Part shown: in pieces, positions 56,015-64,000 of the stretch
Position numbering within the stretch: the stretch's first letter is position 1
How the letters are laid out: each line of letters begins with the position of its first letter
Origin: a virus
Strand: one strand, 5' to 3'
IMG/VR virus record: IMGVR_UViG_3300025875_000005
Location: 1-64,000 of that record
DNA: 64,000 nucleotides
The notes under the pieces: generated by a model
The model's input: the letters and a program-made list of their open reading frames with translations, nothing else
The model's database searches: none
Told to the model about the DNA's origin: nothing
Position numbers and translations under genes: made by a program

Positions 56015-56953
56015 TTAGAGCGCGATGCCAGTGGTCTTCACTGCCGCGAGGGTCTCTTCAACCTGAAGAGCAACGCGCGTGGTGAGGACAACGATGAACT
56101 GGCGGCGGGTGATGTCCTTGTCGAACTCAAGGGTGATGTCGCGCTGGATTCCGAAGATCAGGTTCTTCGGGTTGGTGAAGAGAGCCGAGGCAGGGTCGAT
56201 CATCGCCGCGCCCTCAACCGTGGACCCGAAGACGCGCAGGGGAAGGTTACCCTGCACCATCGAGTCACCGAGGCTCGTCGCACGCTCGCCGTACTGGTCA
56301 CGAAGCTCAGTCTCGTTATCAACCGAGACGAAGTGCTTCATGGCGTTACGGTCGCGGAGGTAGCGGTCGGGCATCGCCTTCACAGCCGCCTTCACGAGGT
56401 CCTTGGTGAAGACCGCGCCGCCAGCCGCAACCGCGTTGGAGACACAGAGCTTCAGCCAGCCGTTCATGGTCGCGAGGTAAGCGTCACCCGAAGCCGTGTC
56501 ACCCTGGAGAGCAAGCTCCTCAAGGTCACGAGCCGCGCGCTGACCCAGGAGGTCAACAATCGTCGCGTGGATGCCACCGGCACCCTCCGTGGGCTTGCCG
56601 TCGATGCGCCCGCCCTCGATGTTGTCCTCAAGGACAGAGTACGGGATGCGAAGCTCAGCGATGAACTCCTTGGTGTTCAGCACGACCTGACCGAGGTCGG
56701 GCTTCACGCGGTCACCAGCCGAGAGCGCCGTGTCCTCAACTGCCGGACGAAGCACGCGCGAGCCGAAACCGATCTTGTTGATCTTCATCTCCGGGCCCGT
56801 CATGAAGACCGTGCGGACCTGGGGGATGATGGTCGGGGAGTCCATCAGGTTCTTGAGGAACCGGTTGGTCTGCTGGGGGTTGAGCTTGCCTGCCGTCGCG
56901 AGATCGGCAAGAGCCATGTCAGCCTTCTGGATGATTTCCTGATTAGAACTCAT
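56015..56953 (-). CDS. major capsid protein (HK97 fold)
   Basis: GKLNPQQ..RF, LEDNIEG, DLEEL...GD, NGWLK, TNPKNLIFG. Confidence 0.9.
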   Translation of the reverse strand: MSSNQEIIQKADMALADLATAGKLNPQQTNRFLKNLMDSPTIIPQVRTVFMTGPEMKINKIGFGSRVLRPAVEDTALSAGDRVKPDLGQVVLNTKEFIAELRIPYSVLEDNIEGGRIDGKPTEGAGGIHATIVDLLGQRAARDLEELALQGDTASGDAYLATMNGWLKLCVSNAVAAGGAVFTKDLVKAAVKAMPDRYLRDRNAMKHFVSVDNETELRDQYGERATSLGDSMVQGNLPLRVFGSTVEGAAMIDPASALFTNPKNLIFGIQRDITLEFDKDITRRQFIVVLTTRVALQVEETLAAVKTTGIAL

Positions 56954-57012
56954 TTGCCGTCTCCTGAATCGTAAACATGGGGGGCTTTTTATTAGCCCCG
57001 ATATAGAAAGTT

Positions 57013-58359
57013 TTAGCTGTTCTTCTTGTTGCGAGCAACACGTGAGCCCATCAGAGCGCTGTCGTAATAGCCCGTTCCGAACTCGGAACCTTCATCTGCC
57101 TTAGAAACCGCGACCTTAGACGAAGGGTCCCCAATCGGTGCAGGAGCGATGACAGTGCTCTTGACCACCTTCTGGGTTGCATCCGCCTTCTGGACAGCCT
57201 CAGAGACCTGGGTCTTGAGGGTGCTGTTCTCGGTCACCAGGGCCTCAATCTTCTCTCCCTGGGACTTCTGGATGGTCGTGATCTCCGACATCTGACCGCT
57301 GAGCTTGGTGAGCATCTCCAGCACGGGGTCCGGGAGGGCCTCTTCCTTCTTCACAGGGGCCTTCTTCGCCTTCTCCTCATCCGTCTCTTCCTTCACGAAC
57401 GGGGGAGCCTTGCCCTCCTCAGCAACCGGGGCCTCAGTCGTAGGAGCAACCTCCTCCTTGGCCTTCTCCTCTTCCTTCTTCTTGGCTGCCTTCTCCACGG
57501 ACTCCGGGACAGGGGTCTCCGAGGTGATGGCCTCATGCACAGAGGGCGCAGGAGCGTCAGCGGGGGTCTCGACAACCACCACATCAGAGGTCGGGGCAGT
57601 CGCAACCACCTCAACAACCTTCTCTTCGGTCTTCTCAGTGTCGCTCATGACGGTCTCTTCCTTCTTGATGGTTTCGCAATTGGTTGCAGAGGGGGTTGCA
57701 GTCTTGTAAGCCATCTCCCCCAGCTGGGCATTGGCGTAGAATGCCTTGCCCGGGATAGAAGCAACAAGACCCATGACGTGGGCAGTAAAGTCCGCGAGGT
57801 GCCCTTCTGCTGCGAGCTTGGCCTCTTCGAAGGAGGTAGCCGCGTAGACGGACTGGTCAATCACAGAGCGAAGGGCGCTGGAAGCCGCGTAGAAGCCCTC
57901 GGTGTAAGCAGTCGCCCCGAGCTTCTCCGAGAAGGTAGAAAGCTTCTGGCTCCAGGGCTCGAAACCCTTCATGACCACCACCATCTGGTCAGACAGACGA
58001 ACGACGTGACCCTCTTCCGGGGCCTCGCCCTGAGCGAACATGACCGTACCGTCCGCGTTCTCCGTCATGGTATCGACCGAGAAGCCAGCCTTCTTGATGA
58101 CTTCCTTGACTGCATCCAAGTCCGCCGTCTTGTGGACGATAACCGCCCCAACCGAAGGGGCAGCGGGAGCCTCAGGTGCGGTGCTCTCGCCCTTGAGGAT
58201 CTTGGAGAGGAAGCTACGGGGGTTGGTCAAGTCAATCATAGGGGCTCCTTCAGCGGTTTTCTGGATGCGAAAAGGGATCTGGTTCGCAGAACGCGAGACC
58301 AGGGACACAAAATGTGCCTGGGGATCAAGAAGCTTCTTCATCCGAACCTTGATCTTCAT
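57013..58359 (-). CDS. capsid scaffold-like protein
   Basis: N-terminal VSLV.R.AN..PF, E/K/A/P-rich, coiled coil, between protease and MCP. Confidence 0.7.
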   Translation of the reverse strand: MKIKVRMKKLLDPQAHFVSLVSRSANQIPFRIQKTAEGAPMIDLTNPRSFLSKILKGESTAPEAPAAPSVGAVIVHKTADLDAVKEVIKKAGFSVDTMTENADGTVMFAQGEAPEEGHVVRLSDQMVVVMKGFEPWSQKLSTFSEKLGATAYTEGFYAASSALRSVIDQSVYAATSFEEAKLAAEGHLADFTAHVMGLVASIPGKAFYANAQLGEMAYKTATPSATNCETIKKEETVMSDTEKTEEKVVEVVATAPTSDVVVVETPADAPAPSVHEAITSETPVPESVEKAAKKKEEEKAKEEVAPTTEAPVAEEGKAPPFVKEETDEEKAKKAPVKKEEALPDPVLEMLTKLSGQMSEITTIQKSQGEKIEALVTENSTLKTQVSEAVQKADATQKVVKSTVIAPAPIGDPSSKVAVSKADEGSEFGTGYYDSALMGSRVARNKKNS

Positions 58360-58404
58360 GGAGAACTCCGGGTCACGATGTTTGGGAGAGTAACAGAAAG
58401 TGAA

Positions 58405-59031
58405 TCAACCTTCGGTGATGGAGAGGTTGTCCACGGAAGAGAAACGGTGTCTGTGGCCCTTGGCCACCTCTGTCACAGTGCCCGTCACGATGCGATGGTT
58501 GTGACCGTCCACGTAATCGGTCTGGCCTCCGAGGAACTTCCCGTCTTCTCCGAACTTGGCCGTGAAGACGTGGGAGTGACCCTGAACAATGGAGGTGGGG
58601 CCCGTAAGCTCATCCGGGATCTCAATCTCCACCTCTTGTTCTTGCTTGATGACCAGGGCCTCCACAGAGAAGCCGTTAAGCTCGCCCTTCTTCACCTTCT
58701 CCCAGAGGGCATCATCATCCACGTGGACGCCCACGACCCAGCTGCCTGGGATGAAGGTCGCGTCATCATCACGAGCGATGAAGCTCTCCACCACATGAAC
58801 GCCGGGGGTCAGGACGTTCTCATGCTGGGTATCCACTGAGGCAAGCTTCAACTCGCGCATGAAGTTGTAGGCCATCTTTCGAATGGCCTCGGCATCCATG
58901 TACTCGCCATGCACATCCGGCTTGAGGGGGGAATACACCTCCCCGTAGACCATCCGCTGTTCTTCATCGGCCTTCTGGATTTTGACGGGTTCCATGTGAA
59001 CAAGGGTACTTGACTTGTTCTGACCTGCCAA
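58405..59031 (-). CDS. XkdF-like prohead serine protease
   Basis: KADEEQRMVYGEVY.P..D.HG, DTQH, VESFIA, GSWV, WEKVKKGELNGFSVE. Confidence 0.88.
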   Translation of the reverse strand: MAGQNKSSTLVHMEPVKIQKADEEQRMVYGEVYSPLKPDVHGEYMDAEAIRKMAYNFMRELKLASVDTQHENVLTPGVHVVESFIARDDDATFIPGSWVVGVHVDDDALWEKVKKGELNGFSVEALVIKQEQEVEIEIPDELTGPTSIVQGHSHVFTAKFGEDGKFLGGQTDYVDGHNHRIVTGTVTEVAKGHRHRFSSVDNLSITEG

Positions 59032-59037
59032 GTTGCC

Positions 59038-59070
59038 AAAAAGAAAGGGCCCGGTGATTAGCCGGACCCT
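59038..59070 (-). terminator. intrinsic terminator after ARH gene
   Basis: AGGGTCCGG-loop-CCGGGCCCT followed by TTCTTTTT. Confidence 0.75.
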
Positions 59071-59097
59071 CGGAACTCTGCAATCAGTTGCGCTGAC

Positions 59098-60030
59098 TTA
59101 CACAGCCGCCACGTAGTCAATCACGGGCTGGATATCGACCACAGCCTTGAGGTCAGGGATATCAATGGGGAAAAGGTGGGCTGCAAGGCCTCCCGCCATG
59201 GAACCCACGGTATCCGAGTCCCCCACGATGTGGATTGCATCCTTGGCCGCCTGCAACCAGGAGGTAGCCCCCATGACTGACCGGAGGGCAATCGCCACTG
59301 CCTCCTCAGCTACCCATGCCTGAGCCTGCATCCGGGTCTGATAGAACTTGGCGTCGTTCTCCTTGGTGTGCTTGGTGAAGGCATCGATGTTGACGCCCTC
59401 AGCCACCATGCACATCCGCGCCCTCCCCATTGCCTCCTCCAGATTGGGGGAACGGGTGAGGAAGAAGTGCAGGAGAGACCAGTAGACCGACCCCTGCCAA
59501 GCAAAGTGATGGTCGTGGGTGAGTTGTGCGTCAATCACTGCCGTATCGATGACCCAGGCAGGGCCCATGTCCCAGACAGCCCCCAGGATACCGATGGGAG
59601 CGCATCGCATCACTGTGCCATTGCCCTTGGAGGTGTTCGTGGACCGCTTACCCTGACGGCAGATGGCCGCCATGGAGCCCATGCAGGTGTTACCCGGGGC
59701 CCGCCGCTGCCACATCTCATGGTACCCAAGGACACCCTCATCGTACATGGCGTTCGGGGTATTGGTCTGGGTCGTGTACCAGCGGCAGTACCCGCGAGAA
59801 ATCTCCTGCCTCAGGGACTTCTTGTTCCCGCCGTCAGCCTTCCAGAGCTTCAGGCTTTCGGTGAGGAAGAGCATCATCTGGGTATCGTCGGAAGCGTGGG
59901 CCTCCGTGTCAGTCAGAACCCTCATCCAGGATTCAGCGGATGGGACGCCCCCGAACTCCAGGGGCTCTCCCAATGCATCTCCGTAAGCCGTGCCCATCAG
60001 AATCTGCTTCAGCACTCCATTGCCGTCCAT
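59098..60030 (-). CDS. ADP-ribosylglycohydrolase (DraG/ARH family)
   Basis: GDALG.PLEF, SDDTQM, GNG.VMR.AP, TH, GDSDT.GSMAG. Confidence 0.92.
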   Translation of the reverse strand: MDGNGVLKQILMGTAYGDALGEPLEFGGVPSAESWMRVLTDTEAHASDDTQMMLFLTESLKLWKADGGNKKSLRQEISRGYCRWYTTQTNTPNAMYDEGVLGYHEMWQRRAPGNTCMGSMAAICRQGKRSTNTSKGNGTVMRCAPIGILGAVWDMGPAWVIDTAVIDAQLTHDHHFAWQGSVYWSLLHFFLTRSPNLEEAMGRARMCMVAEGVNIDAFTKHTKENDAKFYQTRMQAQAWVAEEAVAIALRSVMGATSWLQAAKDAIHIVGDSDTVGSMAGGLAAHLFPIDIPDLKAVVDIQPVIDYVAAV

Positions 60031-60035
60031 CTGAG

Positions 60036-60293
60036 TTACTTTCTGAGGCCGTCCAGGCGCTCTTGAGGGGTTACTTCCTTGGGGACTGCCTCGTACTGGA
60101 TACCGTGGTCGCCCTCTACGGGCTCCATGTGCTTGTTCTCCCCATCCAAGATGGCCTCGGGGATTCGGTCCGTAAAGGCATTGCACTGGCTGAGGGACGC
60201 CCACCTGTGGACGCACGTCTGGCAGCTGCTCTTGAGGATGGTCGCCGCCTCCCCCACAAACTTCGATTCATCGTCGTGATTTTGATCGAACAT
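60036..60293 (-). CDS. small Cys/His protein, ART-associated
   Basis: CxxC.H..C.AF..IP..I..G...H..P..GD.GIQYE. Confidence 0.7.
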   Translation of the reverse strand: MFDQNHDDESKFVGEAATILKSSCQTCVHRWASLSQCNAFTDRIPEAILDGENKHMEPVEGDHGIQYEAVPKEVTPQERLDGLRK

Positions 60294-60310
60294 GGCCAAT
60301 CCTTAAGAGA

Positions 60311-60340
60311 AGTCCTACCCCAACTACATTAGTTTGTCAA
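60311..60340 (-). promoter_or_regulatory. internal promoter overlapping the ART stop codon
   Basis: TTGACA-AACTA...GGGG-TAGGAC(T); weak -10. Confidence 0.5.
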
Positions 60341-61218
60341 ATCAAATCTACGCTCATGATGTGCCGGGTGTAGGTCCCGCTACCCTCGTGGCGGTAACCC
60401 GTGATCTTGTAGCGGGAGTTACGGGGCAGGAGAAGCTCAGACTCGGAGGAGTGATGGGTCCGCTCCTTGTCCTGACCAAGGTAGGCCCCCTTCGCTCCCT
60501 TCTTGACGTTGATCTCCAGCATCACACGCCCCTGCTTCATGAAGCCCCCAGCAACCTCCTTGTCGATGGAGGTAGAGCCGTAGGACTTATCCTTGAACTC
60601 GGTCCCGACCAGCTTCTCGAAGAAGTCAGGCTTGGCCACATCATACTTGTCGAGTCCCCACACCCGCTGGGTCATGGCCCGGTAGGCAACCACGTTGTCA
60701 GGGACTTCCATCTTGTCCAGGGCCTTGTCCAGGGCCTTAACAGAGGCATCCATGCCCTTCTTGGTATGGGGCTGTTGAATCTTCTCGTAGGTAGGGGTGG
60801 GATTCACATGCTCGTTGAGCCGCTTGGAGAAGGAACCCGTGTACGTAACGATATCCCGACGCTCCTTGGGGGTAAGGCTGTCCCACTGCTTCTGGGTAGC
60901 ATCCCGCATGAGGGTATCGCCCACCCCGAGACTGGTCTCGACCGTGGTGCCGTAGACATCGTACTTCTTGTACGGGGGTGGCTCATGGGCCTTCTTGTAG
61001 GCCTCAGATGCCTTTACCTCTGCGAGGTACTCAGCCTTGTCTCGGTCATTGAGCTTCTTGAACTTGCCCCCCCACGAAACTGAATGGGCACCCGGCTTAC
61101 TGGTAAACCGGCCATTCTTGTCGTGGTAGGGGTTAAGCTTCAGGATCTTCGCGTATTCGGGAGGGGACACAGGCAACCTCGAAAGGGACGTGTCCCCTGA
61201 CTTTACGGGGCTCTGCAA
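60337..61218 (-). CDS. ADP-ribosyltransferase, VIP2/C3-like R-S-E clade (start may be GTG 61170)
   Basis: YT...LN, VAYRAM, YGSTS, KGAKGAY, SESELLLPRNSRYKI. Confidence 0.9.
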   Translation of the reverse strand: MQSPVKSGDTSLSRLPVSPPEYAKILKLNPYHDKNGRFTSKPGAHSVSWGGKFKKLNDRDKAEYLAEVKASEAYKKAHEPPPYKKYDVYGTTVETSLGVGDTLMRDATQKQWDSLTPKERRDIVTYTGSFSKRLNEHVNPTPTYEKIQQPHTKKGMDASVKALDKALDKMEVPDNVVAYRAMTQRVWGLDKYDVAKPDFFEKLVGTEFKDKSYGSTSIDKEVAGGFMKQGRVMLEINVKKGAKGAYLGQDKERTHHSSESELLLPRNSRYKITGYRHEGSGTYTRHIMSVDLI

Positions 61219-61234
61219 CTGAGTGCAATTCGAC

Positions 61235-61423
61235 TCAAGCCTTACTCTTCAACCACTCCGCATAGCCCTTCTTCATCGTCGGGTCATTCGGAAAGGCCTC
61301 TTCTGGCTTCAGCTTCAGGTTGTGCGCGTCGTGGTACTCGGTCTCCGGGGGCAGCTTGCCAAGCTTGTCCCATTCGGGTTCGTTCTCCCACGCTTCGGGA
61401 GGAAACCCCTTCTTCGTAGTCAT
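61235..61423 (-). CDS. small protein downstream of the zeta-like kinase
   Basis: GAGGTG RBS; own promoter. Confidence 0.6.
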   Translation of the reverse strand: MTTKKGFPPEAWENEPEWDKLGKLPPETEYHDAHNLKLKPEEAFPNDPTMKKGYAEWLKSKA

Positions 61424-61458
61424 AACCCACCTCTTTCTATCCCCTCAGGGACAACTAC

Positions 61459-61488
61459 AATTTACCCCAAACTACCCTAGTTTGTCAA
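61459..61488 (-). promoter_or_regulatory. internal sigma70-like promoter after the zeta-like gene
   Basis: TTGACA-18 bp-TAAATT. Confidence 0.65.
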
Positions 61489-61491
61489 GGA

Positions 61492-62466
61492 TTACTTCTT
61501 CTTGGAGCGCTGGATAAGGACTGGAGAGGCCCCGGAGTTGTCGTAAGCAGACCACTTACTGAAGAGGGGCTTCATCTTGTCGAAGTTGGCCTCGTTGTTC
61601 TTGTTGCCCAGAACCACATCCACGGGAACCAAGCGACCACGCTTGCCCTCACGACCAAGGTAGCGACCCACAGCGCGCTTTGCAGCCTCCTGACGGGGCA
61701 GGTGCATGTAGTGACCCTGAACGTCGTAGCCCTTGGCAGAGAACTGCTTGATGGTCCCAATCATTGAGTCGGACCGGAGGGTGCCGTCAATGACCACGTT
61801 GAGCTTGCGGCGCATCGCCATGGCCTGCACCCGGTCAAGGATGTAGCTGGACTCCTGATGGACCTGAGCGGCATTCCAGCCCTGATACGGGGGGCGAAGG
61901 AGGCCCTTGATGTGGTCAGAGTCCAGGACCATGTGCTTGTCCCCGTCGAACTCCTTGATCTTTCCGTTGGTGAAGGAGGACTTGCCGGAACCACCCCGAC
62001 CACCCAGGACCACCATGGAGGGCTTCTCTCCAGGGGCAGGGGTCGCCTTCTTCACGTCATCCACGTTGAAGATGGAGGCAAGGATCTTGTCATGCAGCGC
62101 CATGCGCTCTGCCGTGTAGACGGTCTCTGCCGGACCTTCCTTGGTGTAGAGCTTGTCGGACCCGTCGAGACCATTGGTCTCCTTGATCTTGTCCGCAATC
62201 TCCTTGCGCTCTGCCTCGGAGAACTTGGAGAGGATGGAGTCAGGGGTGACGTTTGGGTCATCCTTGCTCTTGGCGTAGTCAGCAAGGCTCCCCTTATGAG
62301 GCCCCTCCACGTCCCCGTCATGGCTTCCACCGGTACCACCACTCCCTGCTGAGTCCCCGCCCCCACGACCATTGGCAGGGGCAAACTTGCCGTCCTTGGC
62401 GTGGTAGGGGTTGAACTTGGTGACAACCTCGGCACCCTTCAGAATCTTGGAGTAGTTCTTGGTCAC
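61492..62466 (-). CDS. zeta-toxin-like P-loop kinase with N-terminal extension
   Basis: GGRGGSGKS, DSDHIK, HQESS, VIDGTL, RA..R...GRLVP, YDNSG. Confidence 0.85.
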   Translation of the reverse strand: MTKNYSKILKGAEVVTKFNPYHAKDGKFAPANGRGGGDSAGSGGTGGSHDGDVEGPHKGSLADYAKSKDDPNVTPDSILSKFSEAERKEIADKIKETNGLDGSDKLYTKEGPAETVYTAERMALHDKILASIFNVDDVKKATPAPGEKPSMVVLGGRGGSGKSSFTNGKIKEFDGDKHMVLDSDHIKGLLRPPYQGWNAAQVHQESSYILDRVQAMAMRRKLNVVIDGTLRSDSMIGTIKQFSAKGYDVQGHYMHLPRQEAAKRAVGRYLGREGKRGRLVPVDVVLGNKNNEANFDKMKPLFSKWSAYDNSGASPVLIQRSKKK

Positions 62467-62491
62467 GTTAGCCTCTGCAATTGGTTGCGCT

Positions 62492-62674
62492 CTACTTGGA
62501 GCGGGGCATCCCAGGATACAGAGAGTACACCTCTTCCAGGGTCATATTGAAGCTCTTGAGGAGGAGGTTCTTCACCTCTTCTCGTAGCTCTTTGGAGACT
62601 GGGCCCTTGAAGATGGTGTCCAGGGCTTGGGAAGCGTCCCCATCCTCTACCCGCGTGTTCTTGATTGGCTTCAT
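62492..62674 (-). CDS. small protein downstream of the MuF-like gene
   Basis: ATGA overlap with MuF stop (MKPIKN...). Confidence 0.5.
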   Translation of the reverse strand: MKPIKNTRVEDGDASQALDTIFKGPVSKELREEVKNLLLKSFNMTLEEVYSLYPGMPRSK

Positions 62675-63999
62675 GGGAATGCCGCGAAGAAGACTTCCAT
62701 GACTGCTGCATCCTCGATATCCAGAAGCATTTGGATGCTCCACTTGGCCAGTAGTTGGTCGCCATATGGCAAGAACGCGAGGGCATAGATGCCCTTGGGG
62801 TTGTTCATGTCCAGGATGGCGTTGAGGTTCTGCTGTTCAGTCGGGTCAGAGGGCCAGTGCTTCGCAAGCTCCCCACCCTCCTTCAGAGCTTCCTCGATGT
62901 TCGTCTGGATCTTGATCCACTCCTCCTGATTGGCAGGGACAAAGCCCATCTTGGCGTAGTTGTAGACGCCTGAGCGACCACCCGCCTTGACCACGTAGGA
63001 GTCAGCCTCAAGGAGCTTCGCAAGCTCCACACTCCTCTTCAGGTGCCCTTCCAGAAATCCGGTAGTAGCTCCCGGGCTTGCTCCAATCTCCAGGTAGTTT
63101 CCGTAAAGGGTCTTGCTGAAGTTGTCGTAGACCACCTGCATCTCGACCTGTGAAGTCGGTCCCGCGAGGGGGCCGCTCACCTTGAGCTTGATGGTGTCCT
63201 CATCCCCAATGCCCACCCTCATCTCAAAGGGGGCCTTGGGCTTGATCAAGTCATCGGGAGAGAGGCCCGTGAGCTTGGAGGCAACGGCTGCCGGGGGCTG
63301 GCCAATGGTGCTGTTCCAGAGGTCCAGTTGCTTGGGCGTGATGTTGACCCCGATGGCATCGAACTCCTTGGGGGTCTGGGGCGTCAGGACCCTCTGCTGC
63401 TCCATCTCCTTGCGGGGCTCCCCGATGACCTTCCGACCAGCCACGGCACAGAGCGTCCTGCACAAGGGATGAAAGGGAGGGATGTGGTAGCCCAGTGCGG
63501 TCAAGTCAGCGGCAGACATCTCCCGGAGGGACTTGATGGTCTTGGCGTCCTGCTTGGGCCATGGATGGAGGTTCTTCACGGTCTCAGCATCCTGAGCCTG
63601 GAGAATCCTGTTGATGCTTGAGCGGGCGTCCTCCACCTCGAAGGTCTTCCCATGGGCCACGTAGCGGCAGTAGTGGGAGGTTCGTCCATCCAGGACAGCC
63701 GTGAGTCGGTACTGGGTGACTCCACGGACATCTGCCTCAGCCGTGAAGCCCCACACAGCCAGTCGGGAGCTATGGAGGCTGGAAATCAGCTGGAGGCGAG
63801 CATCTGCATCGCTCTTGAATGACACGAACTCCTTCACGTATCGCTGGCCTTGGTAGAACGTGTCAGCCTTCTTGACCATCTCGGGGTACTGACGGGCTGC
63901 AATCAGTTGCGCCAGGGAGGTATAGGCTGCCTGGAAGGCTGAGACTTCCACATCCCTGAGAAGGGCATCCGCTGCCTGTCCCAGGAGAATCTCGTAGCT
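62671..63999 (-). CDS. MuF/SPP1 gp7-like minor head protein with C-terminal extension (5' truncated by window)
   Basis: AVLDGRTS..CR, PPFHPLCRT; frame open to window edge. Confidence 0.85.
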   Translation of the reverse strand, partial: SYEILLGQAADALLRDVEVSAFQAAYTSLAQLIAARQYPEMVKKADTFYQGQRYVKEFVSFKSDADARLQLISSLHSSRLAVWGFTAEADVRGVTQYRLTAVLDGRTSHYCRYVAHGKTFEVEDARSSINRILQAQDAETVKNLHPWPKQDAKTIKSLREMSAADLTALGYHIPPFHPLCRTLCAVAGRKVIGEPRKEMEQQRVLTPQTPKEFDAIGVNITPKQLDLWNSTIGQPPAAVASKLTGLSPDDLIKPKAPFEMRVGIGDEDTIKLKVSGPLAGPTSQVEMQVVYDNFSKTLYGNYLEIGASPGATTGFLEGHLKRSVELAKLLEADSYVVKAGGRSGVYNYAKMGFVPANQEEWIKIQTNIEEALKEGGELAKHWPSDPTEQQNLNAILDMNNPKGIYALAFLPYGDQLLAKWSIQMLLDIEDAAVMEVFFAAFP

Positions 64000-64000
64000 C

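Larger units (their letters stand above)
414..63911. repeat. Genome-wide dispersed 14-bp pseudo-palindrome, consensus YGCAMYYRRKTGCR (e.g. TGCAATCAGTTGCG), ~35 copies
   Basis: Copies read by eye start at 414, 2334, 3258, 4323, 5289, 6282, 7678 (1 core mismatch), 8796, 11319, 12109, 13569, 14536, 16212, 17581, 18444, 21561, 23082, 24680, 26091, 28987, 32201, 34137, 35272, 40076, 41607, 43149, 47864, 52380, 54299, 55897, 57675, 59079, 61214, 62476, 63898. Confidence 0.92.

Noticed and set aside
4593-61083. Long plus-strand ORFs (e.g. 4593..5753, 37685..38686, 40245..41342, 44216..45754, 52442..53533, 57535..58839)
   Set aside because: Antisense shadows of well-supported minus-strand genes in GC-rich DNA; no recognisable motifs.
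414-63911. Palindrome copies as a CRISPR array or REP/IS ends
   Set aside because: Only 14 bp, about 0.8-5 kb apart, often inside genes; no spacer periodicity or transposase.
1-64000. Stop-codon reassignment
   Set aside because: Core genes are full length in the standard code, and TAA, TAG and TGA all end genes; the tRNA is not a suppressor.

Overview
A 64-kb segment of a large, GC-rich (~60% by eye) tailed dsDNA phage with a siphovirus-type non-contractile tail. Essentially all real genes are on the minus strand. In transcription order (64 kb to 1 bp): a MuF-like head protein truncated by the window edge; an effector cassette (zeta-toxin-like kinase, ADP-ribosyltransferase, ADP-ribosylglycohydrolase, small partner ORFs); XkdF-like prohead protease, scaffold, major capsid; head-tail and tail genes (tube, frameshifted chaperone, tape measure, giant lyase-fused distal tail protein, DUF1833, NlpC/P60, gpJ-like tip, Hint-terminated fibre); an AAA ATPase; a replication/recombination block (initiator, degenerate loader, DnaB, primase, SSB, SF2 helicase, RecA, three nucleases, no polymerase in the window); an ~840-nt structured non-coding locus containing tRNA-Tyr; M15 endolysin; an SspB-like gene; a displaced terminase pair; tmk; dut; and an array of small early genes with repeated sigma70-type promoters. 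The SspB type and lipoproteins hint at a myxobacterial/deltaproteobacterial host (inference). Three signals stand out. (1) About 35 evenly spaced copies of a 14-bp pseudo-palindrome (YGCAMYYRRKTGCR) run through coding and non-coding DNA. (2) An ornate ncRNA with extra tRNA-like domains surrounds tRNA-Tyr. (3) Two head-module effectors share an N-terminal K-x-NPYH-x-K-x-G-x-F motif, a candidate capsid-loading tag. All calls come from manual motif reading; no database searches were run.
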